Shown one piece after another: positions 63,096 to 64,000 of a stretch of 64,000 nt of DNA (position 1 is its first letter; every line of letters starts with the position of its first letter). The DNA is from a virus. Below the pieces are notes generated by a model. The model saw only the letters and a list, made by a program, of their open reading frames with translations, was not told where the DNA came from and did not search any database. A program made the translations under genes and the position numbers. The DNA lies in the IMG/VR virus record IMGVR_UViG_3300045988_180412, positions 1-64,000 of that record; one strand, given 5' to 3'.

Positions 63096-63260
63096 ATGAA
63101 CCAAACAGACCTTTCACATCTGTACGAGGACATCGAACAATGCCTCGGCCTCACGTCCGCGATGCCGGAAAACAGACAGACACAAGCAATCTTTCTGACG
63201 CTGCTTTCATGTGCCGACCTTGTAGAACAACTCCTAAATGGAGAGGAGGCACTGCGATGA
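63096..63260 (+). CDS. small hypothetical protein (54 aa)
   Basis: Hand-translated as MNQTDLSHLYEDIEQCLGL.... ATGA overlap with the next ORF. Confidence 0.45.
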   Translation: MNQTDLSHLYEDIEQCLGLTSAMPENRQTQAIFLTLLSCADLVEQLLNGEEALR

Positions 63261-63433
63261 ACGAGAAGAAACAAGCCGCCGAGGCAAAGAAACTCGCAAT
63301 GGCTCTGTCCATACAGGCAATGCGCCTTATCGCCGTGGCTCGCAAACACCGCGACACGCTGGGCGACATCATCGACATGCAAGAAACCGCGATAAGCGCT
63401 GCCGCTTACTTGACAACAATAAAAGCGGACTGA
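63257..63433 (+). CDS. small hypothetical helical protein (58 aa)
   Basis: MNEKKQAAEAKKLAMALSIQAMRLIAVARKH.... Confidence 0.45.
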   Translation: MNEKKQAAEAKKLAMALSIQAMRLIAVARKHRDTLGDIIDMQETAISAAAYLTTIKAD

Positions 63434-63454
63434 CGCGTTCCAACACCCACACGC

Positions 63455-63500
63455 AAAGGGGCATGGGCTTAGACGGCCTTTGCCCTTTTTCCGTTTTTAA
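63455..63500 (+). terminator. possible terminator
   Basis: AAAGGGGC...GCCCTTTT helix followed by T-rich TTCCGTTTTT. Confidence 0.4.
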
Positions 63501-63517
63501 GCACATTTTTTAAGCAC

Positions 63518-63883
63518 ATGATTTACGACAAACAAACGATTCGGGGACAAGCCCCGAGCAAGTCCAATTCGTATCGCATAATCACGCTACACGGCCACGG
63601 AAGTCTATGCAAAACCAAACAGACCAAAGCCTACGAGGAGAGCTTTTTTATGCAATGCGGCTTGCGCGGCGCGATGATAGACCGGCGATTCAAGCTGGAT
63701 ATTGACGTGTATTTTGCGTCCGACCGCCCCGATTTAGATAATGCTCTGAAAGTTACGCTCGACTGCCTACAAAGCGCTAAGGCAATAAAAAATGACAGGT
63801 ATTGCGCTGAAATCCACGCACGCAAGTTGATTGACAAGGAAAATCCGCGTATCGAGTTCACAATCGAAACACTGACCGAATGA
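63518..63883 (+). CDS. rusA: RusA-family Holliday junction resolvase
   Basis: 121 aa. ...GQAPSKSNSYR..., DIDVYF...RPDLDNALKVTLDCL...IKNDRY acidic catalytic pattern. Confidence 0.8.
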   Translation: MIYDKQTIRGQAPSKSNSYRIITLHGHGSLCKTKQTKAYEESFFMQCGLRGAMIDRRFKLDIDVYFASDRPDLDNALKVTLDCLQSAKAIKNDRYCAEIHARKLIDKENPRIEFTIETLTE

Positions 63884-64000
63884 AAGATTGGAAAGGCAAT
63901 TCTAAATCGGTGTTTGCGCAACTTGGCGCCTCAAATCATTCTTCCGAGGAACGTCAAAACGAGGATTATTACGCCACCGACCCCGAAGCTGCACAATGGC
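63880..64000 (+). CDS. partial CDS (N-terminus only), resembles the N-terminus of phage SAM-dependent methyltransferases
   Basis: MKDWKGNSKSVFAQLGASNHSSEERQNEDYYATDPEAAQW. Truncated by the window end. Confidence 0.45.
   Translation, partial: MKDWKGNSKSVFAQLGASNHSSEERQNEDYYATDPEAAQW

Overview
The window is almost entirely phage DNA. It looks like a temperate, siphovirus-like phage or prophage of a Bacteroidota host. Host evidence: recurring TAnnTTTG -7 promoter boxes, an Hc1 histone-H1-like gene, a DUF3127-type SSB and a Bacteroides-style tyrosine integrase.

Genome layout:
- 0.1-9.5 kb (+): collagen-like fibre, DnaN clamp, dUTPase, iteron-bearing initiator, ThyX-like protein, SSB-like protein.
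- 9.5-32.3 kb (-): late genes. Scaffold, gpD-like, capsid, neck, tail tube, chaperone with -1 frameshift, 1899-aa tape measure, an embedded amidase/membrane-protein cassette, Dit with a perfect 321-bp tandem duplication, and a 1593-aa distal tail protein.
- 32.35 kb: tRNA(CAT).
- 32.8-36.7 kb (+): large terminase interrupted by a class-3-type mini-intein, then portal.
- 36.9-45.1 kb (-): Dam-like methylase with a 9-bp VNTR, SF3 primase-helicase, and a low-GC island of small genes.
- 45.1-46.8 kb: repeat-rich control region.
- 46.8-51.6 kb (+): small early genes and a serine recombinase.
- 52-53.1 kb: tyrosine integrase.
- 54-64 kb: lipoprotein, CI-like repressor, switch region, exonuclease/RecT, Hc1, Bro/KilAC antirepressor, RusA.

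The most unusual signal is non-coding. At least seven intergenic tRNA-like modules (acceptor stem plus GTTCGAnT T-arm, no usable anticodon arm) sit in the early operons on the + strand. One of them closes a ~600-nt GC-rich ORF-free region. There are also several promoter/terminator-bounded candidate sRNAs.

All functions come from motif recognition by eye. No database search or folding program was run.
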